A stretch of 10,803 bases of DNA from Campylobacterota bacterium (GCA_034722955.1 JAYEOM010000097.1:1-10803), one strand, 5' to 3'. Positions 1 through 8,398 are shown, counted from the first letter of the stretch. The notes: generated by a model not told the origin, from the sequence alone. Translations and numbers: made by a program.

Positions 1-20
1 CAGAAAGAGTTGTCAAAATT

Positions 21-140
21 TAGACTCCTCAAGAAAGAGTGGTTTACGGCAGAATAGTTTCTTCTTTTTCAGGTACCTCCGGCAACCGGAGGTCTCCCAG
101 TATCTTTTGCTATGATGCGGAAATTGAGCATAGGGGTCTA
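21..140. repeat. ~120 bp palindromic (MITE/RPE-like) element
   Basis: Terminal inverted repeats TAGACTCCT (21-29) and AGGGGTCTA (132-140), 8/9 complementary. Central perfect hairpin ACCTCCGG-CAA-CCGGAGGT (75-93). Confidence 0.5.
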
Positions 141-211
141 GTAACAATTACAACTATTCTTCTCCCAATAAATTATACTAAAATATCTAAGCCCACAAAA
201 GAGGGAGCAAT

Positions 212-415
212 ATGTCATACCTAAAATCCATCTTGCTTCTCCTCTCCTTCACCCTCATACAAACAACCACAACTCACACCTACAACACCATAGGAAACCT
301 CTCCGCCATCACCCACGCCAGCAATACCAAAGAACACTATAACTATGATGATCTCAATAGACTCACACCTATCACGCTAGCACTCTCAAATATACCATCC
401 CTACGGGCTTTATGA
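212..415 (+). pseudogene. Rhs/YD-repeat protein remnant (signal-peptide-like N-terminus fused to about two YD repeats)
   Basis: SD GAGGGAG at 201-207. Hydrophobic N-terminus MSYLKSILLLLSFTLI, then TTHTYNTIGNLSAIT and EHYNYDDLNRLT, which match the YD-repeat pattern (Y.YD..GRL). The ORF stops inside the downstream repeat. Confidence 0.7.
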
Positions 416-562
416 GGTTTCCCATATACTTCGTTAATCGTTTTTGTACCCCAAGGGCATTTCCTACGGGCAATTAGCTATGGCTAGTCCTGCAAATTAT
501 ATTTTGCAAATCTTACCCTCTTGGTGGCTTCTATTTGTGTGTTTATCTCCTTGGGGTAGCCT
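407..562. repeat. Composite REP-like palindromic repeat, left copy
   Basis: 434-496 is the reverse complement of 10741-10803 (60/63, first 47 exact). 531-562 is the exact reverse complement of 10677-10708 (32 bp). 407-429 matches 10708-10730 in direct orientation (20/23). Confidence 0.9.
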
Positions 563-719
563 TATCACCCCAAACACAGCAGGTTGTGATATACCCAATA
601 CTTTAGCAATCATATGCTGAGAGTAGCCTTGTGCATTTAAATCTTCCTTGCCATAGGTGTCCTGATCGCTTATACTTTTTATTGAAGTAGATGGAGTAGT
701 TCATATTGAGTTGTCTCAT
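497..719 (-). pseudogene. Internally deleted HUH/Y1 tyrosine transposase (RAYT / IS200-like) remnant
   Basis: 719-636 encodes MRQLNMNYSIYFNKKYKRSGHLWQGRFK, typical of the Y1_Tnp 'FN..Y.R.GHL(W/F)QGRF' motif. In another frame, 631-560 encodes QGYSQHMIAKVLGISQPAVFGVIR, an HTH-like C-terminus, with a stop at 499-497. No HUH motif or catalytic Tyr region is visible. Confidence 0.8.
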
Positions 720-742
720 AAAAACAAGAATACAATTTTTTA

Positions 743-751
743 TGCTATACT
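743..751 (+). promoter_or_regulatory. Putative extended -10 promoter for rhlE
   Basis: TGCTATACT (TG-n-TATACT) about 135 bp upstream of the rhlE ATG, preceded by an AT-rich tract. Confidence 0.55.
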
Positions 752-756
752 TCCGC

Positions 757-884
757 AATTTCAGTTGCACATCGGTCTGCGACTGACTTCTTGATAACAC
801 TACAATACTAAATTCATCTAAAGCCTGGATCGTCCATAGATCATAAATTTTTGGTAGGCTTTCACAACACAAGGTACAATATTA
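757..884 (+). promoter_or_regulatory. Structured 5' leader of rhlE
   Basis: Hairpin TCAGTTGCA (761-769) / TGCGACTGA (778-786) with one G-U pair. Second stem AAAGCCT (820-826) / AGGCTTT (856-862) encloses GATC/GATC. SD-like AAGG at 871-874. Confidence 0.45.
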
Positions 885-2177
885 ATGTCATTTAACACAC
901 TAGGCTTGTCAGAGCCACTACTGCGTGCTATATCCGAAGAGGGATATAGTGAACCTACACCTGTGCAGAAACAGGCGATACCTCTCATACTTGAGAGAAA
1001 AGATCTGCTAGCAGGAGCACAGACTGGGACAGGAAAGACGGCTGGTTTTACACTGCCGCTTCTGCACCTGCTCAGTGGCACTGCTCCAGCTAAAGGAAAA
1101 AGAGAAGTTCGTGCATTGGTCTTGACTCCGACTCGGGAGTTGGCAGCACAGGTTGGGGAGAGTGTCAAAACCTATGGCAAACATCTCCCTATCAAATCTA
1201 CGATCATCTTTGGCGGAGTAGGTATCAATCCTCAAAAAGCGACACTCAGACAGGGTGTTGATATCGTTATCGCTACTCCTGGGCGACTGCTCGATCTCTC
1301 TGGTCAAAAATCGATCGACCTCTCAAAAGTAGAGTATCTCATCCTAGATGAGGCAGATCGTATGCTTGATATGGGATTTATACACGATATCAAAAAGATC
1401 TTGGCGATGCTTCCCAAGAAGCGTCAAAATCTTCTCTTCTCTGCCACCTTCTCTGATGATATCAAGAGATTGGCAGATGGACTTCTAAATAGACCGACTC
1501 TCATAGAGGTAGCACGAAGAAATAGAGCTTCGGAGCAGGTAGATCAGAGTGTATATCTTGTAGATAAAGTACGCAAAAAAGAGTTACTCTCTCATCTCAT
1601 TACTATGGGAAACTGGAAACAGGTTCTAGTCTTTACCCGTACAAAACATGGTGCAAACCGCCTCTCTGCACAGCTAGAGAAGGATGGTATCACTGCTGCG
1701 GCGATCCACGGCAACAAGAGTCAAGGTGCAAGAACAAAGGCATTGGCAAACTTCAAAGCCGGAGAGGTGCGTGTATTGGTCGCAACTGATATAGCTGCAC
1801 GAGGTATAGATATAGACCAGTTGCCCCATGTGGTCAATTATGAACTTCCCAATGTTCCAGAAGATTATGTCCATCGTATCGGTAGGACAGGTCGTGCCGG
1901 CAATGAGGGCGAAGCTATTTCGCTTGTATGTATAGATGAAAAAATGCTCTTGAAAAATATAGAGAGATTGATCAAGAGCAGTATCAAAAAAGTAGTACTC
2001 GAAGCTTTTGTGCCAGATCCATCGATCAAGGCAGAACCTATACAGAAAAAGCGTCAGTCAAATCCTAGAAATAGATCAAACAGTAACCAGCAAAAACAAA
2101 ACAGAAGAGAATCAAATCACAAAAAAGAGACTCATCAGGGAAGACGATCTTCATCAAAACGAAATGAACAAAGGTAA
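885..2177 (+). CDS. rhlE: DEAD-box ATP-dependent RNA helicase, RhlE-type
   Basis: Q motif (GYSEPTPVQ), [33 protein letters not shown] and [22 protein letters not shown] segment and a basic, disordered tail as in RhlE. Confidence 0.93.
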   Translation: MSFNTLGLSEPLLRAISEEGYSEPTPVQKQAIPLILERKDLLAGAQTGTGKTAGFTLPLLHLLSGTAPAKGKREVRALVLTPTRELAAQVGESVKTYGKHLPIKSTIIFGGVGINPQKATLRQGVDIVIATPGRLLDLSGQKSIDLSKVEYLILDEADRMLDMGFIHDIKKILAMLPKKRQNLLFSATFSDDIKRLADGLLNRPTLIEVARRNRASEQVDQSVYLVDKVRKKELLSHLITMGNWKQVLVFTRTKHGANRLSAQLEKDGITAAAIHGNKSQGARTKALANFKAGEVRVLVATDIAARGIDIDQLPHVVNYELPNVPEDYVHRIGRTGRAGNEGEAISLVCIDEKMLLKNIERLIKSSIKKVVLEAFVPDPSIKAEPIQKKRQSNPRNRSNSNQQKQNRRESNHKKETHQGRRSSSKRNEQR

Positions 2178-2180
2178 GAT

Positions 2181-2513
2181 ATGAAAAAAACATTTGTACT
2201 TCAACAAGAGAAGAAAAAAGTAGAGAGAGTTGTAGAGGCGAGTAAACATGAGATCCGTAAATATCTCAAACGAGAACGAAACAAAAAACTTCCTGATGGA
2301 GTTGACTATTGGGATTTTGATTGCTGTTTTGGTCAAAATAGTGAAGAGACTCAATCCATACATGTAGCAGAGATCACTACTGCACTAGACAAAGCTTATG
2401 ACAGAAGCTGGGAGAGATGCTATATCGAGATCATAGCAAAACCAGCCCAGAGAACCCACAAAGTGATAGAAGATGATACTCCATCCCAAGAGTCATCACA
2501 AAATGAGGTGTAG
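2181..2513 (+). CDS. DUF6172-like protein
   Basis: MKKTF...KHEIRKYLKRERNKKLPDGVDYWDFDC.FG...YIEIIAKP pattern recognised from memory. Starts 3 bp after the rhlE stop. Confidence 0.75.
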   Translation: MKKTFVLQQEKKKVERVVEASKHEIRKYLKRERNKKLPDGVDYWDFDCCFGQNSEETQSIHVAEITTALDKAYDRSWERCYIEIIAKPAQRTHKVIEDDTPSQESSQNEV

Positions 2514-2516
2514 TAT

Positions 2517-3017
2517 ATGAGTATGTGTGATTTCAATAGTTTGAGTGAAGCAGAGAAGTTAACCTATCACAATAGGATCAGCAGATGTGCCCAATCTTTC
2601 GGAGGAACCAATTTTTTCCTACAGCTCTTAGAGGCTATACGCGAAACCAAGCCTCATCCTCTAATAGCAAAAAATAGCCAATTTAGCTTTGATCTAGGAG
2701 GCGTGAAGTGGAATAAAGTCATCTTCAAGGATAAGTTGACTCTACTGATGGAGATACGCCTCAACGAGAGTAAAAATGGCACTCTCATACCAGACAAAGA
2801 GGTGAAAAATCATAAAAAAGTGATGAATCTGCTTCGGACTATTAAGCCAATTGTCTTTGAAGTATATCCTAGTGATGATGCTTTAGGTGAAGGGTTTCAA
2901 GTCCACCCCTTTGAAGTGATAGGAGAGAATATCACAAGACTTGATCCGATATTTGATGCACTCTTCTTCTGCTCTGTAGATACGATTAAAAAAATACTGA
3001 ATTATACTCAACAATAA
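2517..3017 (+). CDS. Hypothetical protein (166 aa)
   Basis: Long ORF starting 3 bp after the previous stop, so operon-like. No recognised motif. Confidence 0.75.
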   Translation: MSMCDFNSLSEAEKLTYHNRISRCAQSFGGTNFFLQLLEAIRETKPHPLIAKNSQFSFDLGGVKWNKVIFKDKLTLLMEIRLNESKNGTLIPDKEVKNHKKVMNLLRTIKPIVFEVYPSDDALGEGFQVHPFEVIGENITRLDPIFDALFFCSVDTIKKILNYTQQ

Positions 3018-3080
3018 AACTAGGCATTTTAGAGATTTTTTTTATCATAAAATGCTCTTCTCATCCTCTATGAACTCTAC

Positions 3081-3115
3081 TATAATTCCGCTCATTAAAT
3101 TAAAATTCACAGGAG
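3081..3115 (+). promoter_or_regulatory. Putative -10 box and SD for the lysozyme-like gene
   Basis: TATAAT at 3081-3086 and AGGAG at 3111-3115. Confidence 0.55.
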
Positions 3116-3133
3116 TACACTATAGATATCATA

Positions 3134-3754
3134 TTGTATACAGCTATTATTTTTATTGCTGCCATATCTCTATCCAAATCTTCAGTCATAAACATCGGTT
3201 CCAAATCAAAAGCTTTTTTTCGAAGAGCATATACTCTTCTCTTTCTATTTGTTCTTGGAGCAACAGAGGTCAATGCATTAGCTTATGGTAAATTGGCAAA
3301 AGATGCCGGTCTAAACCATAAAACTATGAAAAAAATAGTAAAAAAGATGATCAAAACAGAATCATCCAGCGGTAGCTACTATGTCAAAAACAAAAAGAGC
3401 GGTGCATACGGTCGCTACCAGATCATGCCAAAAACCGCTAAATATTATGCCAAAAAACTCAATATAACACATAGTAGATGGAAAAAACCATCCAATCAGG
3501 ATAAAATTTTTCAAGCGATACTTAGAGATAATATACTCAGCTTGAAACGAAACAATATAAAAGTAAATGCTTTCAGTATATACGGAGCACATCAGCAGGG
3601 TTCATCAGGATTTAAAGCTATCGTAAAAAATAAAAAACTTACAAAGAGGTTGGAGAAAAATATCAGATACAATCTCCCAAATAGACTAAGAAGCGTACAC
3701 AGAAGTAAACTTAGAAATACATGGATACGATATTGGAAAAAAAGATTTGCGTAA
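3134..3754 (+). CDS. Lysozyme-like / lytic transglycosylase (SLT-fold) protein, membrane-anchored or exported
   Basis: TESSSG (candidate catalytic Glu), SGAYGRYQIMPKT (A.G..Q.MP.T motif) and YGAHQQG. Two N-terminal hydrophobic stretches; very Lys-rich. Start uncertain (TTG 3134 or in-frame ATA 3122). Confidence 0.72.
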   Translation: MYTAIIFIAAISLSKSSVINIGSKSKAFFRRAYTLLFLFVLGATEVNALAYGKLAKDAGLNHKTMKKIVKKMIKTESSSGSYYVKNKKSGAYGRYQIMPKTAKYYAKKLNITHSRWKKPSNQDKIFQAILRDNILSLKRNNIKVNAFSIYGAHQQGSSGFKAIVKNKKLTKRLEKNIRYNLPNRLRSVHRSKLRNTWIRYWKKRFA

Positions 3755-3914
3755 TTTAGCTTGTAGATCAATTTGTCTCTCCTAGCCAGAAAAAAAGTAT
3801 GATTTTTGTGATAGATAAAGATGTCAATGTTTTTTTGCGTATTATATAGTAAAAAACCCCTGCATATTATAGATTTGAAGATTGACAACATATAGCCAGT
3901 TATTACCAATAATA

Positions 3915-3923
3915 TGGTAGAAT
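3915..3923 (+). promoter_or_regulatory. Putative extended -10 promoter for argG
   Basis: TGGTAGAAT about 35 bp upstream of the ATG at 3958. Confidence 0.5.
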
Positions 3924-3957
3924 CGCAAAAATTATATCCTATATCAAAGGTTGGATA

Positions 3958-5301
3958 ATGGCACATAGAGAGATTAAAAAGGCTGTATTGGCTTATAGTG
4001 GTGGACTTGATACGAGTATCATCCTCAAATGGCTTCAAGATGAGTATCAATGTGAAGTTGTGACTTTCACGGCAGATTTGGGGCAGGGTGAAGAGGTGGA
4101 GCCTGCCAGAAAAAAAGCACTTGATCTTGGGATCAAGGAGGAGAATATCTTTATTCTTGACCTCAAAGAGGAGTTTGTCAAAGAGTATGTATTTCCAATG
4201 TTTAGAGCCAATGCTATCTATGAGGGGGAGTATCTGCTAGGTACCTCCATCGCAAGACCACTGATATCAAAAAAACAGATAGAGATCGCCAAACAGACAG
4301 GTGCTGATGCAGTATCACATGGAGCAACTGGAAAAGGCAATGACCAAGTTCGTTTTGAACTCGGATATCTTGCACTTGATCCAACTATAGCTGTCATCGC
4401 ACCATGGAGGGAGTGGGATCTCAATAGTCGTGAAAAGCTTTTGGAGTATGCCCAAGAGCATGGGATAGAGATCGATAAAAAAGGTAAAAAATCCCCATAC
4501 TCTATGGATGCAAACCTTCTTCATATATCTTATGAGGGGATGATTTTAGAAGATCCAAATGCTGAACCAGAAGAGGATATGTGGCTCTGGAGTGTGAGTC
4601 CTGAGCAGGCACCTGACAAGGCAGAGTATATCACTATCACCTATAAAAATGGTGACCCCACCGCTATCAACGGCGAAGAGATGACTCCAGCAACGATACT
4701 CAAAACTCTCAATGAGTACGGCAACAGACATGGTATCGGTCGTATAGATATAGTTGAAAATCGTTATGTCGGTATGAAAGCTAGAGGGTGTTATGAGACA
4801 CCGGGTGGAACGATCATGCTCAAAGCACACAGAGCTATAGAGTCGATCACACTCGACAGAGAAGAGGCACATCTCAAAGATGAGTTGATGCCAAAATATG
4901 CAAAGCTGATCTACAACGGATTTTGGTGGTCTCCAGAACGCAAAATGATGCAGGCAGCTATCGATGCAACACAGGAGAGTGTAGAGGGTGAAGTAAAACT
5001 AAAACTCTACAAAGGAAATGTGACAGTAGTAGGAAGAGAATCCGACCTCTCACTATATAGCGAAGAGCACTCTACATTTGAAGAGGATGAGGTTTATAAT
5101 CAAGCAGATGCGGAGGGCTTTATCCGTCTCAATGCACTGAGATTTATCATCGAAGGGAAAAAACAGCCCGATCGCATAGATAGTTTGGTGGACAACATAG
5201 ATGAGGTTGAAGTGTGTCATATAGAGACAGGTTCCGTAACTATATGTGAACGCATCAAGCGTTTCTTTGGATTTGATGATAAAAACTCTACAAAGGATTA
5301 G
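3958..5301 (+). CDS. argG: Argininosuccinate synthase
   Basis: [53 protein letters not shown] and [10 protein letters not shown]. Confidence 0.97.
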   Translation: MAHREIKKAVLAYSGGLDTSIILKWLQDEYQCEVVTFTADLGQGEEVEPARKKALDLGIKEENIFILDLKEEFVKEYVFPMFRANAIYEGEYLLGTSIARPLISKKQIEIAKQTGADAVSHGATGKGNDQVRFELGYLALDPTIAVIAPWREWDLNSREKLLEYAQEHGIEIDKKGKKSPYSMDANLLHISYEGMILEDPNAEPEEDMWLWSVSPEQAPDKAEYITITYKNGDPTAINGEEMTPATILKTLNEYGNRHGIGRIDIVENRYVGMKARGCYETPGGTIMLKAHRAIESITLDREEAHLKDELMPKYAKLIYNGFWWSPERKMMQAAIDATQESVEGEVKLKLYKGNVTVVGRESDLSLYSEEHSTFEEDEVYNQADAEGFIRLNALRFIIEGKKQPDRIDSLVDNIDEVEVCHIETGSVTICERIKRFFGFDDKNSTKD

Positions 5302-5604
5302 ATGATGGAAGTTATTTTTGATGCAACGATCAAGGTAGACCCCAAAGGCGGATGGTACATTGAGTTGGAAGATACCGAAGAGGGAGCTGTCGAACGCTGT
5401 GATACTATGGAGATATTTGAGACTAAGCTCAATGAGTTCTCAGAGAAGTATACAGGTAGACTAGATGAGGTAAGGTGGAGCAAAGATGACGATGTTACAC
5501 CTTTTTATCTCAATGAAGTACGATTGGGACTCATGGCGATGGATGAGCAGATCAAAAAAGAGAAGAGTGAAGCCGAAGAACATAATGCCAATCTAAAAAG
5601 TTGA
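5302..5604 (+). CDS. Small acidic hypothetical protein
   Basis: ATG immediately after the argG stop, with SD AAGGA at 5293-5297. 100 aa, Glu/Asp-rich. Confidence 0.75.
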   Translation: MMEVIFDATIKVDPKGGWYIELEDTEEGAVERCDTMEIFETKLNEFSEKYTGRLDEVRWSKDDDVTPFYLNEVRLGLMAMDEQIKKEKSEAEEHNANLKS

Positions 5605-5607
5605 TCT

Positions 5608-6525
5608 CTATCCTATAAGCTCTGAACAGAGATCGAAACGATTGTGTGTCATCAAGTGTACTTTTCCATGGATGTCGACCATCTCATCGAAGATACGCTT
5701 TGAGAGGGCAAACCCTACCTCCTGCTCTCTCTCCTCTCCATCCATCGATGCTAAATTCATCTCATCAATTATATCTTTTGGGACAGAGATACCGGGGACT
5801 TTATCGTCTATAAAGTTGGCTGTTCTGGCTCTAACTATAGGAAATTGACCTAGTATAAGCTGTGCATCTTTGGCAGTATCTCTGATACTAAGTGCTTTTG
5901 CCTCTTCAAAGAGTTCGAGTAGCTCTTTGGCATTGTCCAAGTCATATACTGGCTGTGTGATGATGGCTCTAGCGCCATAGTTTAGTTTTTTTATGATCCT
6001 CTTTTGCAATCGCTTCATATCTTTGGCGTAGGCATTGCTCACTGCAAATGGATAGATGGGTTTTGGTGATGGAGAGAGTATCTTGTTGCTATAGTCTACA
6101 CCTTTGTTGAGATGATAGATGATGCTTAGCAGCAGCGTGGAGTCCCTCTCAAGTACCCCTTTGACTTCTGGTTGGTCACTGAACTTGGCAGGATCTCCCG
6201 TCAATGCCAAGATACATCTAAGATCAAAATCATTAGCACCCAATAGTGTGGATTGCAGTGAGAGTTTGTTTTTGTCTCTCATACTCATCGTAGCTATGAC
6301 AGCTTTACCAAAGGTCTGTTGTATCTTGATAGCGGAGAGTACTCCGGACATCTTGAGCTTGGCTAGTGGGTTGTCAGTGACTGAAAAACCTGCAACTTTA
6401 TCAGCCAAGCCACTCTCTTTGATTTTGGATATGATAGTATTGATAGAAGCACCATGGGGGGGATTGATCTCTACAGTGATAAAGCGTTTGTCGCTACAAA
6501 GTGTTTGGCAAAATTGATCGAACAT
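5608..6525 (-). CDS. metF: 5,10-methylenetetrahydrofolate reductase (resembles the YitJ C-terminal domain type)
   Basis: TVEINPP, VTDNPLA, MRDKNKLSLQSTLLGA, LALTGDP, IITQPVYD and VPGISVP. Start reassigned to ATG 6525 (MFDQF..., 305 aa) because the longer ORF overlaps serB. Confidence 0.85.
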   Translation of the reverse strand: MFDQFCQTLCSDKRFITVEINPPHGASINTIISKIKESGLADKVAGFSVTDNPLAKLKMSGVLSAIKIQQTFGKAVIATMSMRDKNKLSLQSTLLGANDFDLRCILALTGDPAKFSDQPEVKGVLERDSTLLLSIIYHLNKGVDYSNKILSPSPKPIYPFAVSNAYAKDMKRLQKRIIKKLNYGARAIITQPVYDLDNAKELLELFEEAKALSIRDTAKDAQLILGQFPIVRARTANFIDDKVPGISVPKDIIDEMNLASMDGEEREQEVGFALSKRIFDEMVDIHGKVHLMTHNRFDLCSELIG

Positions 6526-6584
6526 AAGTGAGACTCTTTTTTTGGATATAATCATACCCAAAATATACAAAAGGAGACGAGAGA
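6526..6584. promoter_or_regulatory. Divergent promoter region metF/serB with overlapping -10 boxes
   Basis: TATAAT on + at 6547-6552, TATGAT on - at 6551-6556, and SD AAGGAG at 6571-6576. Confidence 0.55.
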
Positions 6585-7205
6585 ATGAAGTTAGCAGTAT
6601 TTGATTTTGATTCGACATTGATGGATGGGGAGACTATAGATTTTTTGGCAGCACCACTCGGACTGGAAAAAGAGGTCGCAGCGATCACGGAGAGAGCGAT
6701 GGCAGGAGAGCTTGATTTTTTCAAGTCATTGATAGCTAGAGTTGCACTACTGGAGGGGTTACCCAAGAGCCAAGTAGATGAGATATGTGCCGATCTACCT
6801 ATGATGCCTGGTGCATCCGAAGTGATATCTGGTCTCAAGGATAGAGACTGTAAGGTTATCTGTTTTTCCGGAGGTTTTAGAAATGCCACTTCACCAGCTG
6901 CCAAACGACTAGGCATAGATGCTGACTTCTCCAATGTACTCCATGATGATGAGGGTATCCTGACTGGCAAAGTCGGCGGAGATATGATGTTTGGCTTCTC
7001 CAAGGGAGACATGATAGTTCGCCTCCAAAACCTTCTAGGCATAGATAGAGCCAACACTCTAGTAGTAGGTGACGGAGCCAATGATCTGAGTATGTTTGAG
7101 CATGCTGATACGAGAGTGGCATTTTGTGCCAAGCCGATACTCAAAGAGCAGGCGACTCATGTGGTAGATACCAAGGATCTCAGAGAGATTTTGAAGATAG
7201 TATAA
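6585..7205 (+). CDS. serB: Phosphoserine phosphatase (HAD family)
   Basis: FDFDSTLMDGETID (motif I), ITERAMAGELDF..SL..RV, SGGF, K and GDGANDLSM. Confidence 0.92.
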   Translation: MKLAVFDFDSTLMDGETIDFLAAPLGLEKEVAAITERAMAGELDFFKSLIARVALLEGLPKSQVDEICADLPMMPGASEVISGLKDRDCKVICFSGGFRNATSPAAKRLGIDADFSNVLHDDEGILTGKVGGDMMFGFSKGDMIVRLQNLLGIDRANTLVVGDGANDLSMFEHADTRVAFCAKPILKEQATHVVDTKDLREILKIV

Positions 7206-7215
7206 GAGGGACAAA

Positions 7216-8376
7216 ATGAAAAATTTATTTGATGATATTAGAGCGAAAGGGCTAGATGATCTGGATATGAGAGTCTACACTTCACGGCTGCTCGGAAGTG
7301 ATCAGGATCTAGTGCTGCATGGAGGAGGTAACACCTCTGTCAAGATCGATGATATCCTCTATGTCAAAGGGAGTGGGTGGGATCTGGGCTCTATCGAAAA
7401 GGAGGGGTTCTCGCCAGCTAGGATGAGTGATCTGCTCTCACTGCTGAAGTATGAAAAGCTCAGTGATACTGATATGGTTCGTTATCAAAAAGAGGCTCTC
7501 ATAGACAAAAATGCCCCCAATCCTTCAGTAGAAGCGATCCTGCATGCCCTGATCCCTTATAAGTTTGTAGATCATACTCATGCAGATGCGATCGTGACGA
7601 TATCCAATACGGTGAATGGTGAGCAGTTGATAGAGGAGATTTATGGTGAGAACTATCTCATCATCCCCTATGTGATGCCTGGGTTTATATTGGCGAAAGT
7701 GATCGATGAGATGACACAGGGTGTGGAGTGGGAGAGTTTGGAGGGGATTATTTTGCACAACCATGGGGTATTTACTTTTGATAATGATGCCAAAGAGAGT
7801 TATGACAAGATGATAGCGACAGTTGCCAAAGCAGAAGAGTACCTAGGTGAGAATGCTCCATTGAGTATATCTGAGAGTAGAGAAGAGACTCCGTATGATA
7901 TAGAGAGACTCCAAGAGCTACTATCCAAATCAAAAGGCTATGATGTCGTCTTGAGACTCAACCAGTCATCACTGGCACAACACTTCGCTTCACAAGGAGA
8001 TGAGGGACTCTACCAAAAAGGGGTTTTAACTCCAGAGCACATCATCCGAACCAAACGCCTGCCTATACTGTTCGGAGGTGACTACAGAGCTGATTTGGCA
8101 TCTTATATGGAGAGTTATAGAGAGTATTTTGACCACTATAGCAGAGATGAGATCATGCTAAATACAACTCCAAATTGGGCAGTCATCCAAGGAGTAGGCA
8201 CTCTATCGATCGGCAAAAATGAGAAAGAGGCGATGATCATAGAGGATATCACCTCCCACACGATGAGAGCGATACTCCAAGGAGAAGAGTTAGGCGGCTA
8301 CCAAAGCATCTCAGAGTCTGATAGCTTCGAGATGGAGTACTGGGAACTCGAACAGATGAAGCTCAAAGGGAAGTAG
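7216..8376 (+). CDS. Class II aldolase/adducin-family protein (aldolase domain of RhaEW/YuxG-like bifunctional enzymes, no SDR domain)
   Basis: LVLHGGGNTSVK, YVKGSGWDL, PSVEAILHA, DHTHAD and HNHG (Zn ligands), TPEHIIRTK, EYWELEQMKL, then a stop. Confidence 0.88.
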   Translation: MKNLFDDIRAKGLDDLDMRVYTSRLLGSDQDLVLHGGGNTSVKIDDILYVKGSGWDLGSIEKEGFSPARMSDLLSLLKYEKLSDTDMVRYQKEALIDKNAPNPSVEAILHALIPYKFVDHTHADAIVTISNTVNGEQLIEEIYGENYLIIPYVMPGFILAKVIDEMTQGVEWESLEGIILHNHGVFTFDNDAKESYDKMIATVAKAEEYLGENAPLSISESREETPYDIERLQELLSKSKGYDVVLRLNQSSLAQHFASQGDEGLYQKGVLTPEHIIRTKRLPILFGGDYRADLASYMESYREYFDHYSRDEIMLNTTPNWAVIQGVGTLSIGKNEKEAMIIEDITSHTMRAILQGEELGGYQSISESDSFEMEYWELEQMKLKGK

Positions 8377-8398
8377 ATCTTAGTATAAAGGAGAAAAT

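Noticed and set aside
75..93. Rho-independent terminator
   Set aside because: Strong stem but no adjacent U-tract in either orientation.
39..224. 61-aa ORF
   Set aside because: Runs through a palindromic element and a promoter-like region, with no recognisable motif.
434..562. CRISPR-like repeat-spacer-repeat pattern (32-34 nt variable middle)
   Set aside because: The flanking modules differ from each other, there is no tandem array or cas gene, and the middles are explained by a transposase tail (left) and a palindrome arm (right).
603..872. 89-aa minus-strand ORF as a functional gene
   Set aside because: Only 636-719 is transposase-like; the 5' part is antisense to the rhlE promoter and leader.
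3882..3887. TTGACA as the -35 box for argG
   Set aside because: It is 30 nt from the best -10 (TAGAAT at 3918), too far for a sigma70 promoter.
6526..6618. N-terminal extension of metF in the ORF track
   Set aside because: It overlaps the serB start and promoter region; family similarity begins after the ATG at 6525.
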